Program-made: the position numbers and the translations under genes
The notes under the pieces: model-generated
Told to the model about the DNA's origin: nothing
Seen by the model: only the letters and a program-made list of their open reading frames with translations
Database searches by the model: none
Shown: positions 39,265 through 47,714 of the stretch, in pieces
How positions within the stretch are numbered: position 1 is the first letter of the stretch
Layout: each line of letters opens with the position of its first letter
Assembly (NCBI GenBank): GCA_903845465.1
Contig: CAIMXQ010000084.1
Span: forward strand, 1 to 51,644
Direction: 5' to 3'
DNA from: an uncultured Actinomycetes bacterium
GTDB lineage: Bacteria > Actinomycetota > Actinomycetes > Nanopelagicales > Nanopelagicaceae
DNA length: 51,644 nt

Positions 39265-39891
39265 CTACAACTTAGTAGCAAGTAATAAACCGTCACCCGT
39301 TGGTATCAGCGAACTCACCCATGATTCAGTATCGTTTTTAATGGATTTCCCAGCCTCGCGTAAGGCGATGGTCTTTGGATCACGTTGGGCAGGATCTTGC
39401 ACTTTGGAGCCGCCAAAAAAGTTGTCGATGACGAAGACTCCGCCACTTCTAAGAATGCGATGTGCCTCAGAGATTGCGAAGCTGAGATCTTCAGGGTTAT
39501 GCCTAAATACAACTAAGTCATAAGCGCGATTAGTCAACTTCGTCATGACATCCATGACTGAGTTAGTAATCAATCGGTATCTAGATTGCTCAACATCTGC
39601 ATCTGCAAGGGCTAACTTTGCGATTGTTGAATGTTCCATCTCGTCATCAATTGACGTTAACGTGCCACTTGCAATCATTCCTTCAAGTAACCAGAGAGAT
39701 CCGACTCCGGCTCCTGTGCCAATTTCAACAACTGATTGAGCGCTGAGTTGATGTGCAAGATGGCGAAGATAAGCGCCAGTTCCTTGAGAAACATCGACAG
39801 TTCCGATTTCAAGTCCACGAGCACGCGCTGCAGTTTTTACCGCATCTTCTGCAATAAAGGTCTCTGCATAAGAATGCGGAGTGATCATCAT
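39265..39891 (-). CDS. O-methyltransferase (Rv1220c-like)
   Basis: VEIGTGAGV, LTSID, PAQRD, GDGLL; ATGA overlap with the pepA stop. Confidence 0.88.
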   Translation of the reverse strand: MMITPHSYAETFIAEDAVKTAARARGLEIGTVDVSQGTGAYLRHLAHQLSAQSVVEIGTGAGVGSLWLLEGMIASGTLTSIDDEMEHSTIAKLALADADVEQSRYRLITNSVMDVMTKLTNRAYDLVVFRHNPEDLSFAISEAHRILRSGGVFVIDNFFGGSKVQDPAQRDPKTIALREAGKSIKNDTESWVSSLIPTGDGLLLATKL

Positions 39892-41369
39892 GAGAGAGAC
39901 ACTATCCAATCAATGAAGAATCGCACGCCGAAACCTGTCCCACCTTTAGCGTTTTCTCCAGTATCGGTCTCACTTCGGCCCGTGCCAGCAATGTCGAGGT
40001 GGACCCAGCGGCTATCACCAACAAAATGTTCGAGGAAGAGCGCTGCTGTGACAGAACCTGCTGAGTAATTGCCTTTGTCCGCTGCATGGTTGAGATCTGC
40101 AATATCGCTTTCGAGGGAGTCGGCGTAGTCATCAACGAGAGGCATATGCCAGACACGTTCTCCTGATGATTCGCCAATTGCAACAAGTTCTTGAGCAAGC
40201 TTTGCATCTCGAGTGTAAAGCGCTGCATATTGTCGACCTAAGCCAAGAGTTGCAGAACCAGTAAGGGTTGCAATATCAACGAGATAATCTGGATCTAATT
40301 TCTCCACCGCATACCCAAGGCCATCTGCAAGCACTAGCCGACCTTCTGCATCAGTATTGATGATTTCAACGGTTGTTCCGTCATATTGGGTGATGACATC
40401 AGATGGACGTTGAGAAGTTGCAGATAGAGCATTTTCTGCACACATCATAAGAACCGTAACTTTTACTTGTGGCTGTAAATCTGGAAGCGCACTTATGGTT
40501 GCGAGCGCAGCGGCCGAACCGGCCATATCGCTCTTCATCGCTGTCATAAATTCATATGGTCTTTTAAGCGAAACTCCTCCGGTATCGAAGGTAATTCCCT
40601 TGCCAACAATCACGATATGCGGCAGCGCGGATGCAGATCTGGCTTTTCCTTTGGGTACATATGTGATTTCAATAAAGCGCGGTCCAGGTTTAGGAGAAGA
40701 ATTTCCGACTGCGCGCAGACCGCCAAACTTTGCCAGCTCTTTTCCAGAAAGTATCGAGATTGCCAAACCCTTTTCATCGGCAATCTTCTTTGCCTCCTGC
40801 GCCATCCAGAGTGGGTTCTTAATATTTGATGGGGTGTGAATGAGATCGCGCGCTGTATAGAGAGCGCTGGCAATAACTGATGCTTCGTGAACAGCATCGC
40901 GATCCTTAGTTGCAATTGTGATCATTGCAATTTCAGCACTTTTACCGGTCTTCAGGTTCCAGGTATATGCACCTAAGAGAATTGAGACTGCGTGTGCTCG
41001 AATTTCTAACCGCGATTGCGCGCATAGGGAAACTAGTTCAATGGCCTTGCCGCGAACTTTGCGACCTAGCGCCGCTCCAGAAGTGCGAAGTGAAGGCAGG
41101 CTCATATCCCCAAGATTGACGAGATAGAGACGATCGACATCGGCACCAGAGTGGGTTACTGGAATTTCAAATATTTCTCCCGCTTTATTAGAAGGAGAGA
41201 AGAAAGTGACTTCATCGACAAGATTTATTTCAAAGAATTTCTCGAGTGAGGAGATCAGACGAGAATTTCCTGTGAATTCGATTTTCTCATCGCCATTTTT
41301 GGTGAAACCTAGTGCAATGACATCCGCAGCGACGAGTGACTCAACTTCGGGCGCAACTGAGTGAAGAAT
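39888..41369 (-). CDS. pepA: M17 leucyl aminopeptidase, probable ATT start
   Basis: GKGITFDTGG, MKSDMAG, NTDAEGRL, HLDIAG. The frame stays open for 88 codons upstream of ATG 41105 to ATT 41369, with no ATG/GTG/TTG. Start position is inferred. Confidence 0.85.
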   Translation of the reverse strand: MLHSVAPEVESLVAADVIALGFTKNGDEKIEFTGNSRLISSLEKFFEINLVDEVTFFSPSNKAGEIFEIPVTHSGADVDRLYLVNLGDMSLPSLRTSGAALGRKVRGKAIELVSLCAQSRLEIRAHAVSILLGAYTWNLKTGKSAEIAMITIATKDRDAVHEASVIASALYTARDLIHTPSNIKNPLWMAQEAKKIADEKGLAISILSGKELAKFGGLRAVGNSSPKPGPRFIEITYVPKGKARSASALPHIVIVGKGITFDTGGVSLKRPYEFMTAMKSDMAGSAAALATISALPDLQPQVKVTVLMMCAENALSATSQRPSDVITQYDGTTVEIINTDAEGRLVLADGLGYAVEKLDPDYLVDIATLTGSATLGLGRQYAALYTRDAKLAQELVAIGESSGERVWHMPLVDDYADSLESDIADLNHAADKGNYSAGSVTAALFLEHFVGDSRWVHLDIAGTGRSETDTGENAKGGTGFGVRFFIDWIVSLS

Positions 41370-41384
41370 TTTCTCTAGCCCGCT

Positions 41385-41564
41385 CTACTTCTTAATAAGT
41401 GCGACAGCGGCGCCAAGGGCTGCGCTGAGGTTATTTGCTTCCTGAGGATTGAGTTCAACTACGAGGCGCCCGCCACCTTCAAGTGGGATACGCATTACGA
41501 GGGAGCGAGCCTCTTTTGTAACTTCCATTGGTCCATCACCGGTACGAGGTTTCATAGCTGCCAT
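41385..41564 (-). CDS. DUF3117 protein (59 aa)
   Basis: Below the ORF-track cutoff: MAAMKPRTGDGPMEVTKEARSLVMRIPLEGGGRLVVELNPQEANNLSAALGAAVALIKK*; SD AAGGAG. Confidence 0.95.
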   Translation of the reverse strand: MAAMKPRTGDGPMEVTKEARSLVMRIPLEGGGRLVVELNPQEANNLSAALGAAVALIKK

Positions 41565-41593
41565 GGTGGGGACTCCTTGTTGAGCTCGGGTGG

Positions 41594-41614
41594 AAAAACT
41601 CTCGTAGGAGAGTT
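41594..41614 (-). terminator. Hairpin with short U tract upstream of DUF3117
   Basis: AACTCTC-CTAC-GAGAGTT followed by TTT on the minus strand. Confidence 0.45.
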
Positions 41615-41670
41615 AAGAGGAGAAGTATCTCGCAGAATGACCCGGGGGTGAAATCGGCGTAAGCGCAGAT

Positions 41671-41871
41671 TTAGAGCCCGAGAACCTCCTTGAGGCGCGA
41701 TTTGCCTGACTCAATCACAACAATGACAGCCCTTTCTGGAACGGAAAGTAGCTCTGCGATATCGCGACTGCTTTGAGAACGCAGGTAATGAAGGGTCAAG
41801 ATGATTCGCTCCTCTTCGGGAAGCGAGGCGAGCAACTCCGCCAAGGTTTGAGGGTTGCTCTGCTGACTCAT
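41671..41871 (-). CDS. Stand-alone sigma-70 region-4 HTH protein (66 aa)
   Basis: LASLPEEERIILTLHY....S.RDIAELLSVP....GKSRLK; start MSQQ preceded by TAACCT-8nt. Confidence 0.8.
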   Translation of the reverse strand: MSQQSNPQTLAELLASLPEEERIILTLHYLRSQSSRDIAELLSVPERAVIVVIESGKSRLKEVLGL

Positions 41872-41937
41872 AGGTATAGAGGTTACTCGCTCAATTCTTA
41901 AAGAATCCATATTAAGAGCGTCAGAGATAACGCCTCT

Positions 41938-42387
41938 CTAGCCAAAGGAGCGTGAAAAACGAGCAAGGGAAATTCGCACACCGATATAAAGGAACGGTGC
42001 AATGAGTAGATAGATCACCTTGGGAGCGATGATTGTTTCCGACCAATCAAAGTGCGTGCCTCCACCGTGTGCTTCGCGAAGCTTGAATGTGCCAGAGCCC
42101 TTGAGTACTGACCCAACATGTTCAACATCGCATTGATGTGGCGGATCCCATCGAGTCACGGTCATGAGATCTAATAATCCAAATGATTTGAAGGTGGGAT
42201 AGATGCGATAGAACGGTCCCGTAAATGCTGCGATAGAAGTTCCGACGCCTTCAGTGATATCTGATGTTACCCAAACTTTTGTCTGCAACATCCAATCTCC
42301 TTGGGAATTCCAATCTGCAATCTTCTTCCACACATTTACTTGGGACGCTTTGATATGGATACTGATTGAAAGAGTGTTACTTGCCAT
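41938..42387 (-). CDS. SRPBCC-family protein
   Basis: VW..IADW..QGDWM..T.V, GVGT, D.M.VTRWDPP..C.V.H.G, WSE. Confidence 0.85.
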   Translation of the reverse strand: MASNTLSISIHIKASQVNVWKKIADWNSQGDWMLQTKVWVTSDITEGVGTSIAAFTGPFYRIYPTFKSFGLLDLMTVTRWDPPHQCDVEHVGSVLKGSGTFKLREAHGGGTHFDWSETIIAPKVIYLLIAPFLYIGVRISLARFSRSFG

Positions 42388-42913
42388 GTGCAATTTTGAC
42401 TGCTTCATCGACGGATACAGCCCAATGAATTAACTCACGCATTCCAGGCTTTACAAACTTTTCATTTTCAAGATGTTCGACAAGCGCATGGAGCGGTTCG
42501 TAGACTCCGAATGGATCAAGAATGATTACTGGTTTGTCGTGAAATTTCAGATATCTTCCAACCCAAATTTCAAAGAGTTCCTCCAGCGTTCCGAGGCCTC
42601 CCGGCAAGGTGATAAAAGCGTCAGACATATCTTCAATCTTTGCCTTTCGCGTACGCATCGAATCAACGACGATGAGTTCATCACTTTCATGATCAGCGAA
42701 TTCAATATCAACGAGCTTCTGCGGGATGATTCCTATTGTGCGACCACCTACGCTTCGCGCACCTCGAGAAATTGCACCCATGGCAGAGATATGGCCGCCT
42801 CCAGAAACAAGTTCCGCACCGCTGCGTGCAATTCCTTCGCCGAGGTCGAAGGCTAAATCGATAAACTTCGAATCAATCGCTGGTGATGAGGAACAAAAGA
42901 CTGCAATACGCAT
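42377..42913 (-). CDS. LOG-family nucleotide phosphoribohydrolase (TIGR00730)
   Basis: AVFCSS, MRTRK, LPGGLGTLEELFE. Confidence 0.93.
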   Translation of the reverse strand: MRIAVFCSSSPAIDSKFIDLAFDLGEGIARSGAELVSGGGHISAMGAISRGARSVGGRTIGIIPQKLVDIEFADHESDELIVVDSMRTRKAKIEDMSDAFITLPGGLGTLEELFEIWVGRYLKFHDKPVIILDPFGVYEPLHALVEHLENEKFVKPGMRELIHWAVSVDEAVKIAHGK

Positions 42914-42943
42914 GAGGCACAGGATAGGGGTTAGGCTTAGAAC

Positions 42944-43861
42944 ATGTCTTCTTTAGCGCATGGCCACGGAATCGCAACAATTGCTGGATCTACAGTTCTC
43001 GATGTCTGGTTTCCAGCGCCGTCACTTGGTGCGCTTGCAGGTTCTCCTGATGCAACTCTGACTTCCCTTGTTGGAACAGATGAAGCCCGTGGCGTACAAC
43101 GTGAAATCGTTTCACTTGAAATCAATCTCACAGAAGCGCCAAAAGATGCCAAGGATGCATACCTGCGACTACATCTTTTATCGCACCGACTTGTAAAACC
43201 GCATGGACAATCACTTGATGGAATCTTCGGATTACTTGCCAACGTTGTCTGGACATCGTACGGCCCATGTTTGAACGAAGGTTTCGAATTAACGCGTGCG
43301 CACCTTTTGAAGAAGTACGGACATGTCACAGTCTTTGGCGTCGATAAATTCCCACGTATGGTCGACTATGTCGTTCCATCCGGCGTGCGAATTGCTGATG
43401 CAGATCGCGTACGTTTAGGTGCATATCTTTCAGTTGGCACAACTGTTATGCATGAAGGTTTCATTAACTTCAATGCCGGAACTCTCGGGACTTCAATGGT
43501 GGAAGGCCGGATCTCTTCAGGAGTTGTCGTCGGGGACGGAACCGATGTGGGTGGGGGCGCATCCATTATGGGAACTCTCAGTGGCGGCGGTAAGGAAGTA
43601 ATCTCAATTGGAGAAAAGTGCTTACTCGGCGCTAACTCTGGGCTTGGAATTTCACTTGGGAACAATTGTGTTATTGAAGCTGGCACTTACATCACTGCTG
43701 CCGCAAAGGTAACTCTTCCTGATGGAGAAGTTGTTAAAGCCGGAACGCTCTCAGGTGCAAACAATTTATTATTCCGACGAAATTCACTGACCGGTGGCCT
43801 CGAGGTTGTTTTGCGCACTGGCACATGGGGTGGACTTAATTCAGTTCTACACGCAAATTAA
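42944..43861 (+). CDS. dapD: Tetrahydrodipicolinate N-succinyltransferase (actinobacterial type)
   Basis: DAYLRLHLLSHRLV.P, VDKFPRMVDYVVP.GVRIAD, MVEGRIS, LFRRNS, LHAN. Confidence 0.96.
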   Translation: MSSLAHGHGIATIAGSTVLDVWFPAPSLGALAGSPDATLTSLVGTDEARGVQREIVSLEINLTEAPKDAKDAYLRLHLLSHRLVKPHGQSLDGIFGLLANVVWTSYGPCLNEGFELTRAHLLKKYGHVTVFGVDKFPRMVDYVVPSGVRIADADRVRLGAYLSVGTTVMHEGFINFNAGTLGTSMVEGRISSGVVVGDGTDVGGGASIMGTLSGGGKEVISIGEKCLLGANSGLGISLGNNCVIEAGTYITAAAKVTLPDGEVVKAGTLSGANNLLFRRNSLTGGLEVVLRTGTWGGLNSVLHAN

Positions 43862-45042
43862 GGCGCGAGCTGAAAGTACGGCGAAGATAGCTTTACGCGA
43901 CTTCTGAAGGTATCGCCACGCAATAACTTAGTTGAACCATTACTTGAGGTGCCTTTTATATATGTAACTGCTCCAGCTGAGTTTCGAGAGATAATTTCAA
44001 GAGTGACGATATCTGGTAGCAGGAATGCAGATGCAACCAACAATTGGTTCACCGAGGCGCTCCACGAGGCATAATGAGGGTTGAGCTTGCTATCGAGGCT
44101 CGCAGGATCTGCAACTGATTGTGTGTATGTGCTCGCCTCTCCCCATGCATCTTTCGTAGTTTGTGTCGCTCCACCCGACGATGAGAAGTAATAAGCCTGG
44201 ATAGGTTTGCCGTTCGATGTGATTGCCAAACTGGTTGCAGAATCAATATTTGTACGGGTGACTGCAGCTTTCCAGAGAGCGCCAACTTTTGGTTCAATCT
44301 CTTTCGAGTACCCGACAAAATTTTGATCTGCAATATTTGAATAGACATTGCAATCACAGGATGATTTCACTGTTCCTAATTTTGACAGTGCGTAAGACCG
44401 TGAAGCGATTACTTGAGCCTCAAGAGCTGCTGCAGGCCACGCAGACGACATCTCGCTAATCCCCCACAGATACTCGTCATGAACGCTCAGCGAATTGGTC
44501 ACTTCGAGGGCTCCATTTACGGCCCGTACTTGAATCTGTCCGTAACGATATTTCACAGATTTTCCTTGTGAGGCAAGGGAGACGATTGAACTCGGGCCGC
44601 TCCATCTCACTGTGAGCGCCTTAGAGGTAATTGAACCCGCAATAAGATTGTTCCCTTGCGCATTGATTACCATTTTTTGACGCACACCATAGCTTGCAAC
44701 TGGTTGAGCATCTAGAGAATTTCCAATATCACCTAAGTAAGCGGTCAATATAGAGTCTTGAGTAATTGGTTGTAGTGAGATTGTTGAAAGTTGATGGCCA
44801 ATATTGACTCGTATTGTTTGGGTATCTATTACAGGAATAATTGAGACATCTTTGTAATAGTAATTTAGGATCGCCGTTGCACTTTCCCCAGCGATTGCAT
44901 GGGCTTTAGCGCCGATTTGGCTCATACCAACGCCATGACCGTAACCCGAACCTGTAAATGAGAATGAAGTAGGAGCTTCTGCATGTACTGCAGGGTTAAT
45001 CGAGATTGCGAACAGAAGTGCTACCAGAAAAGGTTTATACAT
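43858..45042 (-). CDS. SpoIID/LytB-domain secreted lytic transglycosylase
   Basis: Signal peptide, GSGYGHGVGMSQ.GA, EM..WP.AALEAQ.IASRSYAL, YFSSSGG.T. Confidence 0.9.
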   Translation of the reverse strand: MYKPFLVALLFAISINPAVHAEAPTSFSFTGSGYGHGVGMSQIGAKAHAIAGESATAILNYYYKDVSIIPVIDTQTIRVNIGHQLSTISLQPITQDSILTAYLGDIGNSLDAQPVASYGVRQKMVINAQGNNLIAGSITSKALTVRWSGPSSIVSLASQGKSVKYRYGQIQVRAVNGALEVTNSLSVHDEYLWGISEMSSAWPAAALEAQVIASRSYALSKLGTVKSSCDCNVYSNIADQNFVGYSKEIEPKVGALWKAAVTRTNIDSATSLAITSNGKPIQAYYFSSSGGATQTTKDAWGEASTYTQSVADPASLDSKLNPHYASWSASVNQLLVASAFLLPDIVTLEIISRNSAGAVTYIKGTSSNGSTKLLRGDTFRSRVKLSSPYFQLAP

Positions 45043-45841
45043 CCTCATCTGATGATGCGCTCTTTCTAGCATCTACAAATTCACGATATGCAGCGATTAC
45101 TTCGGCGGGATTTCCACGCGCCATTAATTTTCCATGATCGAGCCAAATTACCTCGTTACAAATATCTTCAATCGTAGCGAGTGCGTGGCTTACGAGAATT
45201 AATGCGCGATCTGATGTGCGAAGCTCCTTAATTCTATTAAGGCTCTTCTCCTTGAATTTTGCATCTCCAGTACTGAGCGCTTCATCGATGATTAAAATAT
45301 CGGGCTCGACGACGGCGGCAACTGAGAAGGCTAACCGCGCAAACATTCCTGATGAATAAGTACGCATTGGAGTATCAATCGCATCTCCGAGTTCAGAGAA
45401 TGCAGCAATAGCTTCGAAATTTTTATCTATTTCTTCTCGGGACATGCCAGCTGCAAGCCCGCCGAGATAGACGTTATCGCGACCCGTCATCGAAGGATTA
45501 AATCCAACCCCGAGCGCGAGGAGGGTGCTTACTGATCCATAGACTTCAACGCGCCCCTGAGTCGGTGGCACAATTCCTGAAATAACGCGCATAAGTGAGG
45601 ATTTACCTGCACCGTTTGATCCAATAATTCCGAGCACCGTGCCATAGTGAACATCAACATTGATATCGACTAGAGCACGCACAATACGGGTGTGCTTCTT
45701 TCCGCGACCGAGAGTTTTCAATCGAGCCTTGAGTGTCGGCTTCCTATCGATTGATGTTGTGTAGGTAAGTCCTAAGTTTTTCACAGAGACAGCAACGCTG
45801 TGTTGTGAATGATCGTGGTTAAAGTCTGACAGCGAAATCAC
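45035..45841 (-). CDS. Polysaccharide/teichoic-acid ABC exporter ATPase (Wzt/TagH)
   Basis: GSNGAGKS, YSSGM..RLAF, IIDEALSTGD, VSH. Exact start uncertain. Confidence 0.92.
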   Translation of the reverse strand: MISLSDFNHDHSQHSVAVSVKNLGLTYTTSIDRKPTLKARLKTLGRGKKHTRIVRALVDINVDVHYGTVLGIIGSNGAGKSSLMRVISGIVPPTQGRVEVYGSVSTLLALGVGFNPSMTGRDNVYLGGLAAGMSREEIDKNFEAIAAFSELGDAIDTPMRTYSSGMFARLAFSVAAVVEPDILIIDEALSTGDAKFKEKSLNRIKELRTSDRALILVSHALATIEDICNEVIWLDHGKLMARGNPAEVIAAYREFVDARKSASSDEDV

Positions 45842-46646
45842 GCTCCCTCGACAGGAAGAAATATGTTCCGACTACAAAGATTCCAAGTGCCCAAATTGAT
45901 GATGTGAGAAGTCCTTTAGAAGTTGGTGCCTCACCGTGCACCATCACGCGTGACCAAGAATCAAGGAGATAGAAGATTGGATTTGCTACTTCAAATTTCT
46001 TGATGCGATGGGACATGTGTGCGGCTTCGTACAGGATGGGTGATAAGTACAGAAGACTGCGAGTCAGATATGGCAACATGCTTGAAATATCGCGGAAATA
46101 CACGTTGATACATGAAATTAAAATAGCTAAACCCAGTGACAAGACGATTGCAATCACAATTATTGGTAGCGCCCACAACATCTGCCACGAAAACGGTAGG
46201 CCGAGAAGTACATGTATAACAATATAAACAACAAGGGTCGGAAGAAATCTAAAGAGCGCCACGATTGCCGCAGAAATCGGCAACATGATTCGCGGGAATG
46301 AAGTATTAAGAATCAGGCGTTGACCAGATGTAATCGCCTTTACTCCTCCGGTCAAACTATTTGCGATCAGATAAAAGAGGAAGAGGCTTGCAGTCAGATG
46401 AGCGAATCGAGAAGAGTCACTCTTCCCGCCAATAACATCAATAAGTAAGAAGTACACACCTGAAAGAAGGAGGGGATTTAAAACGAGCCACAACTGGCCA
46501 AAGAGTGAGTCGAAATTTTGTTCTCGGAGTTCTGAGCGAGAAAATGCAGCGATAAATGTGCGTCTCGACCAGAGAGAGCGAAGGTATTCGCGCATCGGAG
46601 GTAGGCCGGCGCGAAATGGCTCGTATACAACAACTGGCTTCTCCAC
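45819..46646 (-). CDS. ABC-2 exporter permease (Wzm/TagG)
   Basis: GQLWLVLNPLL, FPR..LP, YFRDI, YLSPILY, NP; six TM. Confidence 0.92.
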   Translation of the reverse strand: MEKPVVVYEPFRAGLPPMREYLRSLWSRRTFIAAFSRSELREQNFDSLFGQLWLVLNPLLLSGVYFLLIDVIGGKSDSSRFAHLTASLFLFYLIANSLTGGVKAITSGQRLILNTSFPRIMLPISAAIVALFRFLPTLVVYIVIHVLLGLPFSWQMLWALPIIVIAIVLSLGLAILISCINVYFRDISSMLPYLTRSLLYLSPILYEAAHMSHRIKKFEVANPIFYLLDSWSRVMVHGEAPTSKGLLTSSIWALGIFVVGTYFFLSRERDFAVRL

Positions 46647-46676
46647 GTGCGAAAGGCTACCGCAGAGCGCTCATGG

Positions 46677-47678
46677 TTAAAGAGATGACGGTACGAGAGT
46701 CTTGGGGGAAGTGATGAACCCCGCTCCCCACGAGAAGTGCATGGTGGGAATAACTAATAGAAGCGTTAGGCATTCAATAGCAGAGGTTCCAATCGACGCA
46801 GATGCAACTAATACAAAGGCGAGATAAATCGCAGATGGAAGATAAAGAATTGGTGAGACAAGTATTCCAAGAGCGAGCGAAAGGGTGAAACCTACGAGAG
46901 CTAATGGTGGTGCAAGATAGCGATAATTTATTGTTCCAGAATGTCTGCGAGATACAACTCTTCGCCAACGTCCGTATTCAAAATATTGTTTTGCAAGTGC
47001 TTTGACAGATGAACGTGGTCGATATGTCACATGCAAGCGAGGATCAAAATAGACAACGCCTCCATTTTCCCGCAAGCGAAAGTTAAGCTCCCAATCCTGT
47101 GCACGAGTAAATCTTTCATCAAATCCGCCAATGGCAAGAAGCGCTTCTCGCCTGAATGCACCGAGATAGACGGTATCAACTGCTCCAGCTTCTCCACCTG
47201 TATGAAAACGTGAAGTTCCAACACCGAGTGGACTGCGCATGGCTGCAGCTACTGCTTTCTCAAATCGAGTTGTTCCGATGGCGGCCATAACCCCACCAAC
47301 ATTGACTGCCCCAGTTGTATTAAGAATTTCTACGACAAGTGCGAGGTAATCATCGGGAATTTGTGCATGGCCGTCTACTCGAACAACTACTGGATTGCGT
47401 GATGCGTGCAGAGCCAAATTGAGGCCAGCTGCGGTACGGCCCGTAGGATTTTCTACAAGTGTGACTCGGCTTTCCTTGTGCGAAATCTGTTGAGCGATTT
47501 CATTGGTGCGATCGCGTGATGGACCAAGCGCAAGAATGACCTCAATTGAACCGAGATATTTCTGAGAAAGTATCGAACTTACTGCGTCCTCTAGATGAGA
47601 CTCTTCATTGAGAACAGGAAGAATCACGCTAATAGATGGATGCGGTGAGCCAAATAACTCTTGTGTCGGTGTCGCCAT
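46677..47678 (-). CDS. GT2 glycosyltransferase (ExoA-like)
   Basis: SVILPVLNEE, RVDGH, DTVYLG, RAQDWELNFR, QYFEYGRWR. Confidence 0.92.
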   Translation of the reverse strand: MATPTQELFGSPHPSISVILPVLNEESHLEDAVSSILSQKYLGSIEVILALGPSRDRTNEIAQQISHKESRVTLVENPTGRTAAGLNLALHASRNPVVVRVDGHAQIPDDYLALVVEILNTTGAVNVGGVMAAIGTTRFEKAVAAAMRSPLGVGTSRFHTGGEAGAVDTVYLGAFRREALLAIGGFDERFTRAQDWELNFRLRENGGVVYFDPRLHVTYRPRSSVKALAKQYFEYGRWRRVVSRRHSGTINYRYLAPPLALVGFTLSLALGILVSPILYLPSAIYLAFVLVASASIGTSAIECLTLLLVIPTMHFSWGAGFITSPKTLVPSSL

Positions 47679-47714
47679 AACCCCTCCACGCTATCGTCCA
47701 AGTACCCTACGGAA

